From positions 184,512,001-184,576,000 of the forward strand of contig OZ024743.1 in NCBI GenBank assembly GCA_964016885.1: a DNA stretch of 64,000 bases, given 5' to 3'. Numbering within the stretch: position 1 is the stretch's first letter; every line of letters begins with the position of its first letter. The notes below the pieces were generated by a model that was not told the DNA's origin, did no database searches, and saw only the letters and a list, made by a program, of their open reading frames with translations. This DNA comes from Eledone cirrhosa (taxonomy: Eukaryota). Positions 13,311 to 26,109 of this stretch are shown here, one piece after another. Position numbers and translations under genes: made by a program.

Positions 13311-14285
13311 TCCTTGCTTGCATTGGTTAGATGGGTTGCCCACATCATGAGACAAGTCTGGCCAATTGCTCTCTGTTAGAGTGAACACCTTAAATCTATT
13401 TTCTGGCTGAGCCAGCCAATAGCTCTATATGCAAATGAGGCTAATCAGCCCATGTACATAGGTGTCAAAACTATGTTTTTGCCTATATTAAGTTCCAGCA
13501 GAGAGCAGGGTAAGGGAGCACTGTCTCGATAATGACAAAAGTCAGAAACAATGTTTGTTGTCAACAGTTACCCTTTGCTTCTTCTGGAATCCACTAGATA
13601 GCGCTACGTTATCAGTTTCCAAATTTATAGCTGAAGGCTTTCAAAATGTTTATTCATAAACGTACCATATATCGCTAGATATACAAAATACTCATACATA
13701 TTATCATCATCACCGTTTTATGTCCATTCTTCCATGCTAGCATGGGTTAGACAAGTTGTCCTGCTGTGGGCAATACCAGGTCAGGTGACAATGTCTTGCT
13801 CATACAGAACTGATTTTAGCTTGATTTCTACAGCTGGATGCCCTTCCTAAACACCAATATATATCATAAAAATTAGCTCTATCTATATTGGTGTAGAAGT
13901 GCCAGTAGATTTCATCTACAAAGTGTTAAGATATAAGGTATAAATAAAATAGTTTTAACAAGGAATAACCATGCCTTGTGTAAGCTTTATTTCATTAACC
14001 CTTTTGTTACTATATTTCTAATGGAAGACACTGCCTATGAATTTAAATAATTTTTAATGAAGAATTTGGAGGGATTTAAATATAACTTTCATATTATTAA
14101 ACTGCCCTTTGGAAAATAACTTAAAGGTCCTTACATAAAATCATGGTGAAAGGTTTTAGATAAATATAAACACTTTAAAGTAAACAGTTTTGTATCAGAG
14201 AAGCAGGGTGGTTCTAGTTGGTTAAGTAACAAATGTATTAAAATAAAAATATATTTTTAAAATGTCAATATTCTTCAAAACTCAC

Positions 14286-14345
14286 AAGTTTTCGCCTTGT
14301 TTTCTTTATTTCTGATTCATGTGTGCTTCTATATTCAATGAGTTT
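14286..14345 (-). CDS. GEMIN2: Gemin2 coding exon 4
   Basis: cttttag acceptor; KLIEYRSTHESEIKKTRRKL; gtgag donor; 60 nt, in frame with neighbours; low sequence conservation. Confidence 0.85.
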
Positions 14346-14830
14346 CTAAAAGCGAAGAAAAGAAGGTAACAAAGTTTTTAAATGAAAATTTCCAAAGTAA
14401 AAAAAGTAGATTTAACTCTAACATCCTGTACCCCATGAAACCACATTAGCAAACATTCTTGAAAAGTACAAAACAACACTATGACTGCATCACATTATAA
14501 ATTAAAGTTTTTACTCCAATACTGGAAATGTTTACAATAATCTCTCCACTAGTAAATATACTATAAACATTTGAATTAACAAACCTGTTTTATAGATATA
14601 TTCTGCTAAATCATGTCCTTATTAAGAGTTAATAAGGACATGACAAGTCTGTTATCACATCCATAACAAACTGTAGCCTCTGAAATGTTTCTTGTGTAGT
14701 AGAATTTGTCGAAAATAACTGTTGCATAAAACTTTCCAGTGATGTACTGATATATATTTGATATATAAATATATCCCTATATTGTTAAATTATTTATTGC
14801 TTAACATAACATAAATATAACACAACTTAC

Positions 14831-14920
14831 TTGTCTGATTTTAGCAAAATCTGCAACCTGTTTTCTCTTCCAACTAGCTGAGGGTTCTAAACCTACAGGT
14901 GCCGGGAGACAGCAATCTTT
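14831..14920 (-). CDS. GEMIN2: Gemin2 coding exon 3
   Basis: taccag acceptor; KDCCLPAPVGLEPSASWKRKQVADFAKIRQ resembles human '[27 protein letters not shown]'; gtaag donor; 90 nt. Confidence 0.95.
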
Positions 14921-15879
14921 CTGGTAATTTTAAGAACATAAGAATAAAGAAATGGGTTCTAATCATGCCAAGGAATAAACGTACATCAACATCATTTTAC
15001 ATCCATTTTCCATGCTGGCATGGATTGGACAGGCTGTCAGGATCCAAAACCATACAAGTTGGGGAACCACATCTTGCTCATACATTCTATATTTGGCATG
15101 GTTTCTATAACTGGATGCTCTTCCTAATGCTAACAATTATAATTTTTCAGATTATCAACCTGGAGAAACTAAGAGGCCCCTGGAAGGGTTTAATGAGAGG
15201 AAAAATATTGAGGTCAGAAATGGATGGACATATAAGTGAGAAATAAAATCGTATATCACTATGGAATTAATTCTGAATGCAAAAACATACTGGTGCATCT
15301 TTTACTTCCCACTCCTTTTATACCAAAGTTGTACTGGTATATTTTAATTTCGTTTGTGAAGCACAAGTCCAGATAAAGAAAATAAAGGAAATTTAATCAA
15401 AATATCTCATATGTTTTATTTTAAACCATTTTTATTGCAAAAATGAACATGCAACCCAGGACAAGGACAAGTAAAATACAAATAATAATAATAATAATAA
15501 TTGTTTCTACTTTTGGCACAAGGCCAGCAATTACTCAGTACATTACTGGTACTTTATTTTATCGACCCCGTAAGGATGAAAGGCAAAGTAATAATAATAA
15601 TAATAAATAGCACTGGCACACAATGCGCTAAATCTCAATAATTAATAGAGACCCACTGTGAAAATTTACTAAAACAAAGGAGTAAACAATACTTGTTGAT
15701 AATCCTATCAGTAAATTTAGTACTGACACAAGCTCAATATGGCTGTCTTTACTGAAAGATAAATATATATAATCTAAAATTGTAATATTGATTGTAAATG
15801 ATTTAGTGGCCTAATGGATGACAGAGTTATTACCCTTAGTTTAGAAGTAAAGGTTCATAAATCCAGTCTAGTTCTATAA

Positions 15880-17350
15880 TAATGAAATTATTGTGTACAG
15901 TGCTCAGGTGCACTATAACTCATCAAAGGTGCATGTATAGTACATAGAATAATGTACAAATGTTAGGAAAGTGAACAGTGTATGAGTCATGATATATATG
16001 TGTGCATGTATATGGAGCGGGGATATCAGGTGTAGTGTTGGCGAATTTCAGGAAACATGGAGGTTTTAAAGGATGCAGTGTCTCGACAGCTAACAACTGA
16101 TGCAGGTAGTTCGTTCCATGCTACAGCAACTCTGAGCATGAAAAAATGTTTCCGAAAGTCATGGGAGCTGTGCTGTTTTATGACTTTGTAGGCATGTCCA
16201 CGTGTGTTAGACACATGGAAATCAAAAAGGTGCTCAGGGCTGTTGTTGGCAAGATGGTTAATAATTTTGTGGGTGTTTACCAAGTCAGTTGCCAGACGTC
16301 AGAGCTTCAATGTATCCATGCCCAGGGAAGCAAGGCGTTCAGAGTATGGTAGATGTCTGATGGAGGGTATTCGCTCGGTTGCACGTCTCTGAACAGTTTC
16401 CAGGAGGTCAATGTTCTGAGTAAGATAGGGGTTCCAGACTGGTGATGCAAATTCTAAGTGTGGCCGCACCATAGCTATATACACCTTTAAATAGATAACT
16501 GGAGAGCGGCTGGCAAAGGTCTTGCTAAGTGATGCTAAGACACCTTCATCCTTCTAGACAATTTTAGAAATGTGCTTTGTCCAATGCAAATCGCTGCTGA
16601 CAGTAATGCCCAGGTCACATTTACAAGAAGACTTCTTGATATTAGTGTTTGGAGGGAGTATGTGGACGCTGGGTTTTTCTTCCCAAAATGCTTGGTGGTA
16701 CACTTGTCCACAACCAGCTTCAGTTGCTAGTCCGTGATCTATTGCTGCATTGTGTCCAGGTCTGATTGCAGGAAAGATCTATAGTGTTCAGGATCTGTCC
16801 TTTTTACCTCAAGGTACAGCTTGATGTCATCTGCATATTTCAGTACTGTGGCATTCTTTAATTTGGCATCTATATCATTAATATATGCAACAAACAAAAG
16901 GGGACCAAGAACAGATCCCTGTGGTACACTAGATGACATCTCATACGGTGAGGAATGCTGTCCTAGAACTGTGACTACCTCTCTTCAACTGAGAATGAAG
17001 GACTTCAACCAGTTAAAAAGATCATCCTTCACACCCATTGCAGAGAGTTTTGCCATAAGACTTTTGTGTGGCGCAGAATTAAAAGCTTTAGCAAAGTCAA
17101 GGTAAACAACATCCACCCATGAGCTGCCATCAGTGATCCGGGTGATGTCTTCAAGAAACTTGATAAGTTGATCACAGAAGCTGGAGTTAGGGATAAATCC
17201 AAATTGCGAGGGCTGGATAAGACTGTGAGAATTCCAGAAGTTCCAAAGTGTTTCTCTAACACAGGATTCCATCAGTTTGGCAATACAGCTCGGAAGACTG
17301 ACTGGATAATAGTTGAAAGGCGACATGTGGTCACCCTTTTTGAACACATT
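15880..17350 (-). mobile_element. CR1-clade LINE 3' fragment (RT)
   Basis: YLDFAKAFN, VPQGSVLGPLLF, KYADDIK, VRPHLEFASPVWNPY, TRGHAYK, VAWNELP. Confidence 0.9.
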
Positions 17351-17926
17351 GTCTTATTCTTAACCATATCAGATGATCAAACCAATTAAAATGTTGTGTA
17401 GGATTAAATAACTGATTGAATGTTTTGAAAAGGGATGATGATAATGATGACAACAAAATCTAGTGTTTATGTCATTATCATCATTTAACATCTGCTTTCC
17501 CTGCTATCAAAGGTTGATGGGTCGTCACAGACCAATTCCAGCCAATACAACACTAAAATACAATTCTGTTATTTTTAGCTTTATATAAAAATACATAAGA
17601 TTAAAATATTCTATTGAGTAAATATTGCTGTGTGTATGCAATTAAGGATAAGTATACTGTATCCCTACATGTTATAGGGCACAACTAAATGGGTTAGTGC
17701 TAGGAAGGGCATTCAGCAGTAAAACATTACCTCAAAAAGTAACCAACAACATATATGAAGTTTACTATGGAGCCCACAAGGCTACCATCTACTTTAGCAA
17801 GGAACACTGAGGCATAAAACATTTGTTGTTGCTGTATAGAGTAGTCGACGAGTAAGCTATGTAGTAATGTTTGTCAAAATAAAAAATATGGTGCACAAAA
17901 ACTTTAAAGAAATTCAAGATACATAC

Positions 17927-18017
17927 TGCTAAAATGTGGACATTCTGTTTTCTATTCATAGCTTCAGTATTTAGTGATTTAGCAACGACTACTGATGGAC
18001 AACATAATGCTTCATCC
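17927..18017 (-). CDS. GEMIN2: Gemin2 coding exon 2
   Basis: ttctttttag acceptor; (R)DEALCCPSVVVAKSLNTEAMNRKQNVHILA resembles human 'EAAQCPDVVVA'; gtatgt donor; 91 nt completes the phase-2 codon. Confidence 0.93.
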
Positions 18018-18249
18018 CTAAAAAGAAAACAATCAATTATATATTAACTTTTTCATGAACTTATTTTCTTATGAAAGACACTGCCTATGATTTTTGAATC
18101 ATTTTGAAAATAATAAAGAATTTGAATGGATTTAGTAATATAATTAACTTTCTCATTATTAAGCGTATGTTTAGTACATAACAAAAATTCTTACATTAAA
18201 TTATGATGAAGGGCTTATATATATATATATATATATATATTTCTTGTAA

Positions 18250-19172
18250 ATAGACGATAAAACAGAACCCAGATTCCCTCAGGGAAATGGCCTTGCTCAG
18301 TATGTAGGAAAGGTGTAGGTAGGAACTTCATCCTCTGCCCCAAATGCAAACAATGGGTACACAAGTGATGTAGTGGGATCCCAGAAGTTTAACTAAGAAT
18401 GTAGGCTTCATATGTAGCAGCTGTGTTGGGACAGCAAGCAGCAAACGACCACAGGAAACAAGCACCACCAAACTCTGGGCGGGCTCTGTAGAAACAGTAG
18501 ACAGCTTCTGCTACCTAGGTGACCAAATTAGCAGCAGAGGTGGGTGTTCGGAAAGTACAATAACTAGGGTAAGAACGGGATGGAAGAAGTTCAGGGAGCT
18601 ACTGCTACTGCTAGCTGCAAAAGCTTTTCCCTCAAAATGAAAGGCAGACTGTATGATGCGTGTATATGAACAACAATGTGACATGGTAGTGAAACCTGGG
18701 CATTGTCTGTAAAAGACTTGCACAGATTAGAAAGAAACGAAGCTTGCATGCTCCGAGGGATGTGTAATAGTAATATACGTAAACGGCAAAGTATAAACGA
18801 ATTGAGAGAGAGACTGAGCATAAGAGGAATCAAATGCTGTGTGCAGGAGAAGAGGTTACGTTGGTATGGACATGTAATGCGAATGAAGGATGACAGCTGC
18901 ATAAAAAGGTGCAGAGCGTCTAGAAGTTGATGGAAGCTGTGGAGTGGGGAGACCCCAGAAGACCTGGGATGAGGTGATAAAGGCCGACCGTACCCAATTG
19001 CACCTCTCAAGGGCAATCACACACGACCGTGTCCTCTGGCGTCACACAGTAATACAGAAGACCCGAACCCCCCACAGGGACAAGCTGAAGCTGAAGCATA
19101 TAGACAATATGCCTCCACACCCTCCCACTGCAAAGTGGTCGTGGCAGAGCCACGGCAAAATGATGATGATGA
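18250..19172 (+). mobile_element. 5'-truncated RTE LINE
   Basis: Near-identical to 43300-44180; PHD-like Cys cluster, RLRWYGHV, (GAT)n tail. Confidence 0.9.
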
Positions 19173-20126
19173 TATATATATATATATATATAACAATTAT
19201 AAATGTGAAGAGAAAATAGACAAAATATACCTAATTTACCAAAATACACCTAAAGTCCCAACTGTACAGTTTCACCAACTGGTATGCAGCCAAAGTGCAC
19301 TAGGGTTGTGTGGCTATTGGCTTTTCAAGAGACCCCTCAAATGAAAGGACTAATTCTTGAACTGACCGTCACAAGTGAAACATTCTTGGGAGGGAGAATT
19401 ATCATGTGGTATAATGGCCACAGAAAGGAGGTAAATGCTGGAGGTTTAGCAAGTAATATATTTGCTAGAAGCAGCCAGTACCCTCCTATTTCACTTGACC
19501 ATAAAAGAGTAGGGACAAAATAATAAGATACACACACATATAGTTAAAACAAACAGCACAAATAGAAAGATGAAAGAAAACAAAGAAAAGAAAATAATGG
19601 GATAATAATATACCTCAAGCTGTGGTGTCTGTCCACTATCCCATTATTTTCTTTTCTTTCGTCCTTCTATTTGTGCTGTTTGTTTTATCACACATACATC
19701 ATACCAGCAGAAAGATTTTCTGTTGCACGATCCAGCTTTTTAAAGTGGTACTCTCAATTAAATCATGCAAAACTATTTTGCTGGTTTGAGAGCTGATGAG
19801 GATGAAGATGTCTCTGTGTGTGTGTGTGTAAACTTGTCTTGTGCCATCACCTTTCTTTATTTCCTTCTTCCAGTCACTTCTGTGTGCCAGTGCACTTCTC
19901 CTTGTCCCCCTCCTCTTTCAATATTTTTTATATTTCATCTGCCTGTCACCCATCTTGTGGATTGTCTCTCTGTTGACCAAAGGTCTCTGTCTTCTGGGAA
20001 CTTTTTGTCCATCGTTGTCTTTGACAGCATTTAGCTGTTTTAATGGCTGTTCTAGTGATGAGTTTTCTCATTTTTAAATGTATTCAATCAAATACACTCT
20101 TCTTTAGACTCGATCAGAAACAACAT

Positions 20127-20157
<31 letters not shown>

Positions 20158-21203
20158 AGTAGAAGTGGTTACACAACAGTTAGTTCACCATACCGAGAAC
20201 AATTGTTTCACCTTAGTGGATCCTCAGCTCGTAATGGATATGGTTATACGGAACAGGAAGGACAACTGTACGAACGCGCATGCGAAGAAACGATCACTTC
20301 ACATAGGCAATACTAAATTGCGTGCGAGGTGTAAGGGAGATAACTGCAAAAGTCCGAAAGTTTCTAGTTGATAAGAAAATTAGGATGTTGTAATTCAATC
20401 CGGAGCTTTGTAGTTATGTAAGAGGTGTTTCCAGACGTGTGGACGTGTGAAGAATTCATTTCTCGTGTTTAGGCAATCACTATTGCGTAATCTCTTTAGA
20501 ATATTTATTCGTTCATCAATACATAGTCCACACGACGGATTGCCCCTTGCGTATGGCTTGGACTTAGTGATGGCTTTCCATTGAATGGAGTAGTCTATAC
20601 TTGAGTGCTTGAGGAACCATACGTGGCTCGCGAGTTTCGTGGATGAACGTCTGTCCGGGTACCTAAAGGTCGACTGGTGGTTCAGGAAGCGTTCCTTAAA
20701 TCGGCCCTCCGCCATGCCCACATAGGATTTGACCTCCTGTGGTTGATTTAAACTACAGCGGGTGTGTTGCATTGCTGTTGAAGGGGACAAGCTTTGGGCT
20801 TACGGCAAGAGCACCCTGGTGGGGTGTTGCTCTTAGGGCTGTTGGTGATGTGGGCCTTCATGTTCTTAGCGCAAGAGTATCTTAGTTTTACTTTGTGTCG
20901 GTTAAAGATGGAGCGGTATTTATGACCTATGGGAAAGTGTCTACCTAAGGCTAGAAATTTTTTGCCTAAATTGGTTTTAACGTTGAGTGAGAAGGGAGGA
21001 GAGAACCAGATAGTTTGTCTATTGTTACGCTTTCTTTTTTTATTGCTGTTGTTGTTAGTGGGAGAGTAAGTGATAGGTTGCGAGAAGCCGCTGTTAGCTA
21101 ATGCCGTGTTATAGTAGGATGCCACCCTGTCAAAGATAGCCTTATTAGAGGAGAGGTTTGAGATTCTAGTACTGATATTATTTACGAATCTTCTAAAAAC
21201 AGT
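20158..21203 (-). mobile_element. Penelope-like element fragment (RT C-terminus + GIY-YIG endonuclease)
   Basis: IWFSPPFS..VKTNLGKKFL, CSCRKPKACPL...C, SYVGMAEGRFKERFLNH, CGLCIDE; frameshifted; flanked by (TA)n on both sides. Confidence 0.9.
20188..20243 (-). ncRNA. Minimal type I hammerhead ribozyme in the Penelope terminal region
   Basis: Minus strand reads CCATA-tccatta-CGAG CTGAGGA tCCactaaGGt GAAA C-AATT-G TT CTCG-g-TATGG: CUGANGA and GAAA cores, stem I CGAG/CTCG plus CCATA/TATGG, palindromic stem III ACAATTGT. Confidence 0.7.
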
Positions 21204-21764
21204 ATATATATATATATATATATATAAACCGTTTTGCATTGTAGAATCATGGGTAGTCTCAGGCGCTTAGGTAACAAAACAGTAAAGTTAAAGAGGGAGC
21301 ACCAGAAAGAAAAAAAATTATGCAACTAGATACCAGAAGAAGCAAGCGGAATATGATACTACATCAAAACTAATATAAAGGCAGAGTAAGGAGACTATAT
21401 CAGATGACAACCTTCAAGTTTTAACTTCATTTTATTTTGTGTCAGTTTCATGCAAAGACAATCAGCTCATGAATGTGTTTAATATTTTGAAATTCTGTCC
21501 TCTTAATTTTTACCAAAAGGCTTCCATTCATGTCACTATGTAAAAAAAAAATTTAAAAAAAAAAAAATTATTATGGGTGAACATCGATTCTCATCAACTC
21601 TATTAGGTAAGGGGTCTATTCATTTCGTATGTTCTGTATGTATGCATACACACGCACGAGTCGATGAGGAATCCTTGACACGAATATAAATGCAGCGAAT
21701 CCAGTGAATCGAACGAGATTTTTTCATTTTCTTCAAAGGGGGCCTATTGTCAATGATACCCCTA

Positions 21765-22025
21765 ATAATTGTTTCTACTTTAGGCACAAGGCCAGCAATT
21801 ACCCAGTGCATTACTGGTACTTTATTTTATCGACCCCGTAAGGATGAAAGGCAAAGTCAACCTCGGCGGGATTTGTCAATGATACTCCTAATAATGGTTC
21901 TAATTTAGGCACAAGGCCAACAATTTTAGAGGAGGGGAAACTCAATTAAATCGACCCCGTAAGGATGGAAAGCAAAGCTAACTTCGGCGGGATTTGAACT
22001 CAGAATGTAAAGGGCCGTAACTCTA
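21765..22025 (-). mobile_element. Two tandem SINE fragments
   Basis: Family match; duplication tgtcaatgatac..ctaataat around the first copy. Confidence 0.75.
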
Positions 22026-22547
22026 TTATTATCTTATCCGATGCTGGGTGGTTATGATGCAGCTCTACCCAGTGCCGCCCGACCCACTTCCCGTTCCTAT
22101 TCTCCTCACCCATACTATTACCCAACTCATATGTCACGCACTAACCTCTGTCAGATTCTCCCTTTTCAAAACGTCAATCCTCGGGGATTCACCCCTACCC
22201 TAATCCAGTCAGTTTGTTGTTCTTTTTCCTTTTCTTTTCTTCTGCAGTAAATCGACTTGTAGCTGATCGACATCAACTTCAATCATTCTTTACATGTGCA
22301 CATATATAACTCATTCTCACAAACACGAAAACAGAGGAAGCTTACGCTAGAGAAAAGCCTTCAGTTTTTAACTCGTATTTCATCTTGTGTCACTGTTTCA
22401 TGCAATCATAGAGAAATAAAGAAAATACTAGACATAAACAGGGAAAGAGAAATAATCCATCTTGAGAAACTTAATAAATAGTCGTCATAAAACATACATA
22501 AATAAAACATACATAACTAAAATCATGTAGTGTGTCTTATTGCATAC

Positions 22548-22654
22548 CTAACTCTCCTCAAGTATTCATTCCCAGTCATGGGAGGAATAGTAATATCATA
22601 GTTATTATCTAAAGTTGTATCCACAGGTATTGCAGGTGTAAACACTTCTTCCAT
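22548..22654 (-). CDS. GEMIN2: Gemin2 (SIP1) coding exon 1
   Basis: ATG at 22654; MEEVFTPAIPVDTTLDNNYDITIPPMTGNEYLRRV(R); matches the Gemin2 N-terminal 'PP.T..EYLRRV' motif; donor AG|gtatgc, phase 2. Confidence 0.93.
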
Positions 22655-23079
22655 TGCGTACCGTTTTATAAATTATTTCTCTTTTCTAAGAACTGAAGAA
22701 CGCATTCAATTCCAAAGGGAGATAATTGATAAACAGGGGTAATTTCTGAACCTGTTTGCCCTCCGTCTCAATCTGGATGTTTAAACCCCACTCTCGCTTT
22801 TTTATTATGTTTTTAAAGCGGTCTACTGGCTTTTGAACATCCGAGTTTCAGCAACTCTAAAAAAAAAAGAAACGATAATAATCAAAACATATATACATAT
22901 TTCTTTTTTCATCAAAACCTGATTTAGAGCTGCAGTACTTTGCCGTTGTTTCATTGTATTTATTACATGTGTTTATATTTGTATTTATATTTTCATTCTG
23001 TAAGAATTATAAACAATTTGTAATGTTATTTATACAACTGTGAATAAAAAAAATTTATTAAAGATGAAAATGGTGAATT

Positions 23080-23800
23080 ACATTTTTCAGTCGTAGCGCT
23101 CGATGCGTTCAGGGCATCGGGGCCTGTGACAAAGTTTTTATCACTATTGGCCGCTTTGAAGCAATTTACGTTTAAGAGACACTTTCAGCATCTCTTTGAC
23201 CAATCTGATTAATTCTCAAGATGCCACCTATTTTCCACGATTGCAAAGCTTTCGTTGTGGTGATGGTGGTGCTGACGCCTTCTCAGTCTGGATGAAATCC
23301 ACATCTCCATTTCACTCGTAGTCGATTTCTGAGGGGGATTGAAATGTCACTATGGCAAGCCCCTTAATTCCAAGGTCTTCGTAGTTCGTCTTGCCGCCTG
23401 AATGCGGCTACATTGCAAGCTGGACGAAACAAGACATCTCTCTCTTTCCGAGTTGGGAAGCAGATGGACATTTTTCAAAGGGGCCGTTAGTCCTTTCACC
23501 AGAGAACGTTATCTAAGTTATGGTATAGCGAAATCTGTCCACACCTTGACCCCTGTGTGACATTTAACGGTCATTTTCTGGGTTATCTTCTTTCGGGCAT
23601 CAACAGGTCTGAGATTGGACGACCTCGAAAGGTCAGACCTTTGTTCTTAGGCTTGGAGACAGAGGAAACGACATAGATAATTAGCCTGCCTTAGATCATT
23701 GCAGGCAGCAGTTCGGAACATTTCTTGATAGAGTAAACATGTAAACTATTGCTTTCTACAAACCCCTTAGGGTCTTACAGACTCTTATACTCTCTCCTGA
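23080..23800 (+). mobile_element. Degenerate Tx1/L1-like LINE ORF2 C-terminal fragment
   Basis: Higher GC; broken reading frames resembling the zinc-knuckle region of Tx1-type ORF2. Confidence 0.4.
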
Positions 23801-24159
23801 TCGTATAGCTTCGGCGTAAGCTATTTTCAATACGTTAATAATATAGAGGTTTGATGTCATCGTGGTTCATTTATATATATTCATTTTCTGCGTGATCAAG
23901 GAACTGTCCTATAATCATCATCTTATTGAACACTTACTCACCTGCACACATGCAATCTCTGGTCACAGCAAGCTACAAGTGAACACACACACAACAAACG
24001 AATCAATACCACAACACAATAAACTACCATTAAATCCTCGCTATAATTGCTGTTGCTGTAAAATGTTTTCAGATCGAAACTTATATATCTATATTTTTTA
24101 TGAAAAAAAGGAGAGCCGTTTCATCAGACCAGATCCGACCAAGGAGACAATCTTTCCAC

Positions 24160-24700
24160 TAGTAAAATGAAATTATCACGTCATCCATATGACAGGCGCG
24201 GTGTGTTCGAACATGGAAGAGTCGAACCCCTACTGTCATCGCCTCCATCTCGCTCGCCCTCCCGGTCTCTCTATATGGTGAGCAAATGGGGTCCCACGTG
24301 CTCGCCGCCCCACAGCCCCAGCGGACAGAATGGAGAAGGCGTTTCCCCGGGGGATGGTAAGGGAGATGCGCTGGAAGAACCATTCCATCTCGCGAGGCTC
24401 ACACCTGCGGCTGGCTCAACGCCTATGATGGTGAGTAGGGAAGTAGCCCTAGGGCCAAGGACACCAGAAGTCTCCACTGCCAAGGGCACGACCGCAAACC
24501 TGTCAAAGAGCGACCGGTACTTGAATTGTAGTGAAAGAAATGTTCCCGCGGTTCCTCACACTGACTTGGTCAATAAAAATCGACCTTCAACCACACTTAG
24601 ACAAAAACACATGAAGAATCCGGATGTTAAGTTTAACGGTGCCAGGGAAGGAGAAGATAGCGGGAGGCCATAGGTCAATATAAATAGGCTGTCCTGAAAT
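24160..24700 (-). mobile_element. Composite TE debris including a restriction-like endonuclease (CRE-type non-LTR) fragment
   Basis: KYRSLFDRFAVVPLAVETSGVLGPRATSLLTIIG matches the RLE 'KY..L....F.PLAVET.G..G' motif. Confidence 0.55.
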
Positions 24701-26109
24701 CCTGACCAGAAAGAATTTTCTATCATCAAAATAAATCGTCACCTTCCCTTGTCACTGGGCTCTGAATACTACTAACGAACAATATCTTGCCACTCTCTAT
24801 TTCACCATAACAACAACAAAACAAAAACATCGTCAACCTTTATGATTTGTAGTAATCTTATTTGTTCTTTTATTCACAGAAGTGAAGTAAATTTTATATT
24901 TAAACGAAACCACTTATTTTGTCATGTTATTTCATCTCTAACACTTACTAACTTCGCTTCACTTCAATGGGGCTCTGAGGTTGTAGGTCAGTATTAAGTT
25001 GGTTGTATATGGCAGACTAAGAAAAACCATCGTGGGAAAATGTCGAGATTTCGTTATATATGTACCTGTGAATTGGAGGACAACTGAAAGAGGACATTTG
25101 CACTAGCGTTCAAGTTTATCGTGGCTTTGGGGGGCTTTCTCCATGAATGACCCTCGGAGGGATTTTATTATGTTTGATCTTTTAAATGTTTAGTTTTTTA
25201 GTCTGTTATAAACCTTTTCTTTCATGCACACCCCACTGTACCGTCTTTATCGTCTTCTTAATATAAGCCCTGTGTGGCTAATAAAGAAACCATTATGGTG
25301 GCATTAAACTAGCAAACATGTCCCTTCTCTTTTCAAAATGGTACCACGTAATTTAAGGGAGATTTGGCTGCTATTTCTAGCATGTAAAATAATTTCACGG
25401 AAGCTCCCTTTTAAAGATATTGTTTTAAGGACTTTCTCAGTATCCTAACAAGCTGTTCCATTCATATTTTATACTTTAATGACTAGAAATTTTGGTGATG
25501 TATACAAAACATTCTTAATGAATTTCCGTTTTTGTTGTAAAAAGAAAAAATATCTCGCAGCAGCTATTGGCGACTCTCAAAGAGAAGGGGAGATAATTGG
25601 CCTTTTGGCTGCAGTTGCAGCTACGCCATCGATTATTTTTGGCTTTAAACATTATTTGAATTATTGGCAGAGCTGTTCTGCTAAAGAACGAGTCGAAGGT
25701 GGAGGCTAGCGACACGACCACCAGATATGATGGTTAGTTGCGATATTAGCGAGCTCCTGCCAGACAAATAAACAACATTGGACAAATAGCGATAAACTAT
25801 TAAGGGAGATGGAACAATGGGTGACACTGTTAGCTCCAAAGAAAATTCTCACAGCCCAGTGGTGTAGCTACGACGAGGCGAGTAAAGGCCACCAAAACAC
25901 TGTAATATGGTCGGAAACAGTAAAGACATCCATACCACATCTTCCTTCGTGCAGGATAACAAGGGATACGTTCATGCCTGTTCTTGAATATTTATTACAC
26001 TCTCCATTCAATGCTGCAACAACTAGCAATAGGCCTGTGATCTGTCATGACAGGCGTGGGATATAAGCACATAGGTTACGTATCTCGAGACCTCAGAAAG
26101 GGTCAGGAA

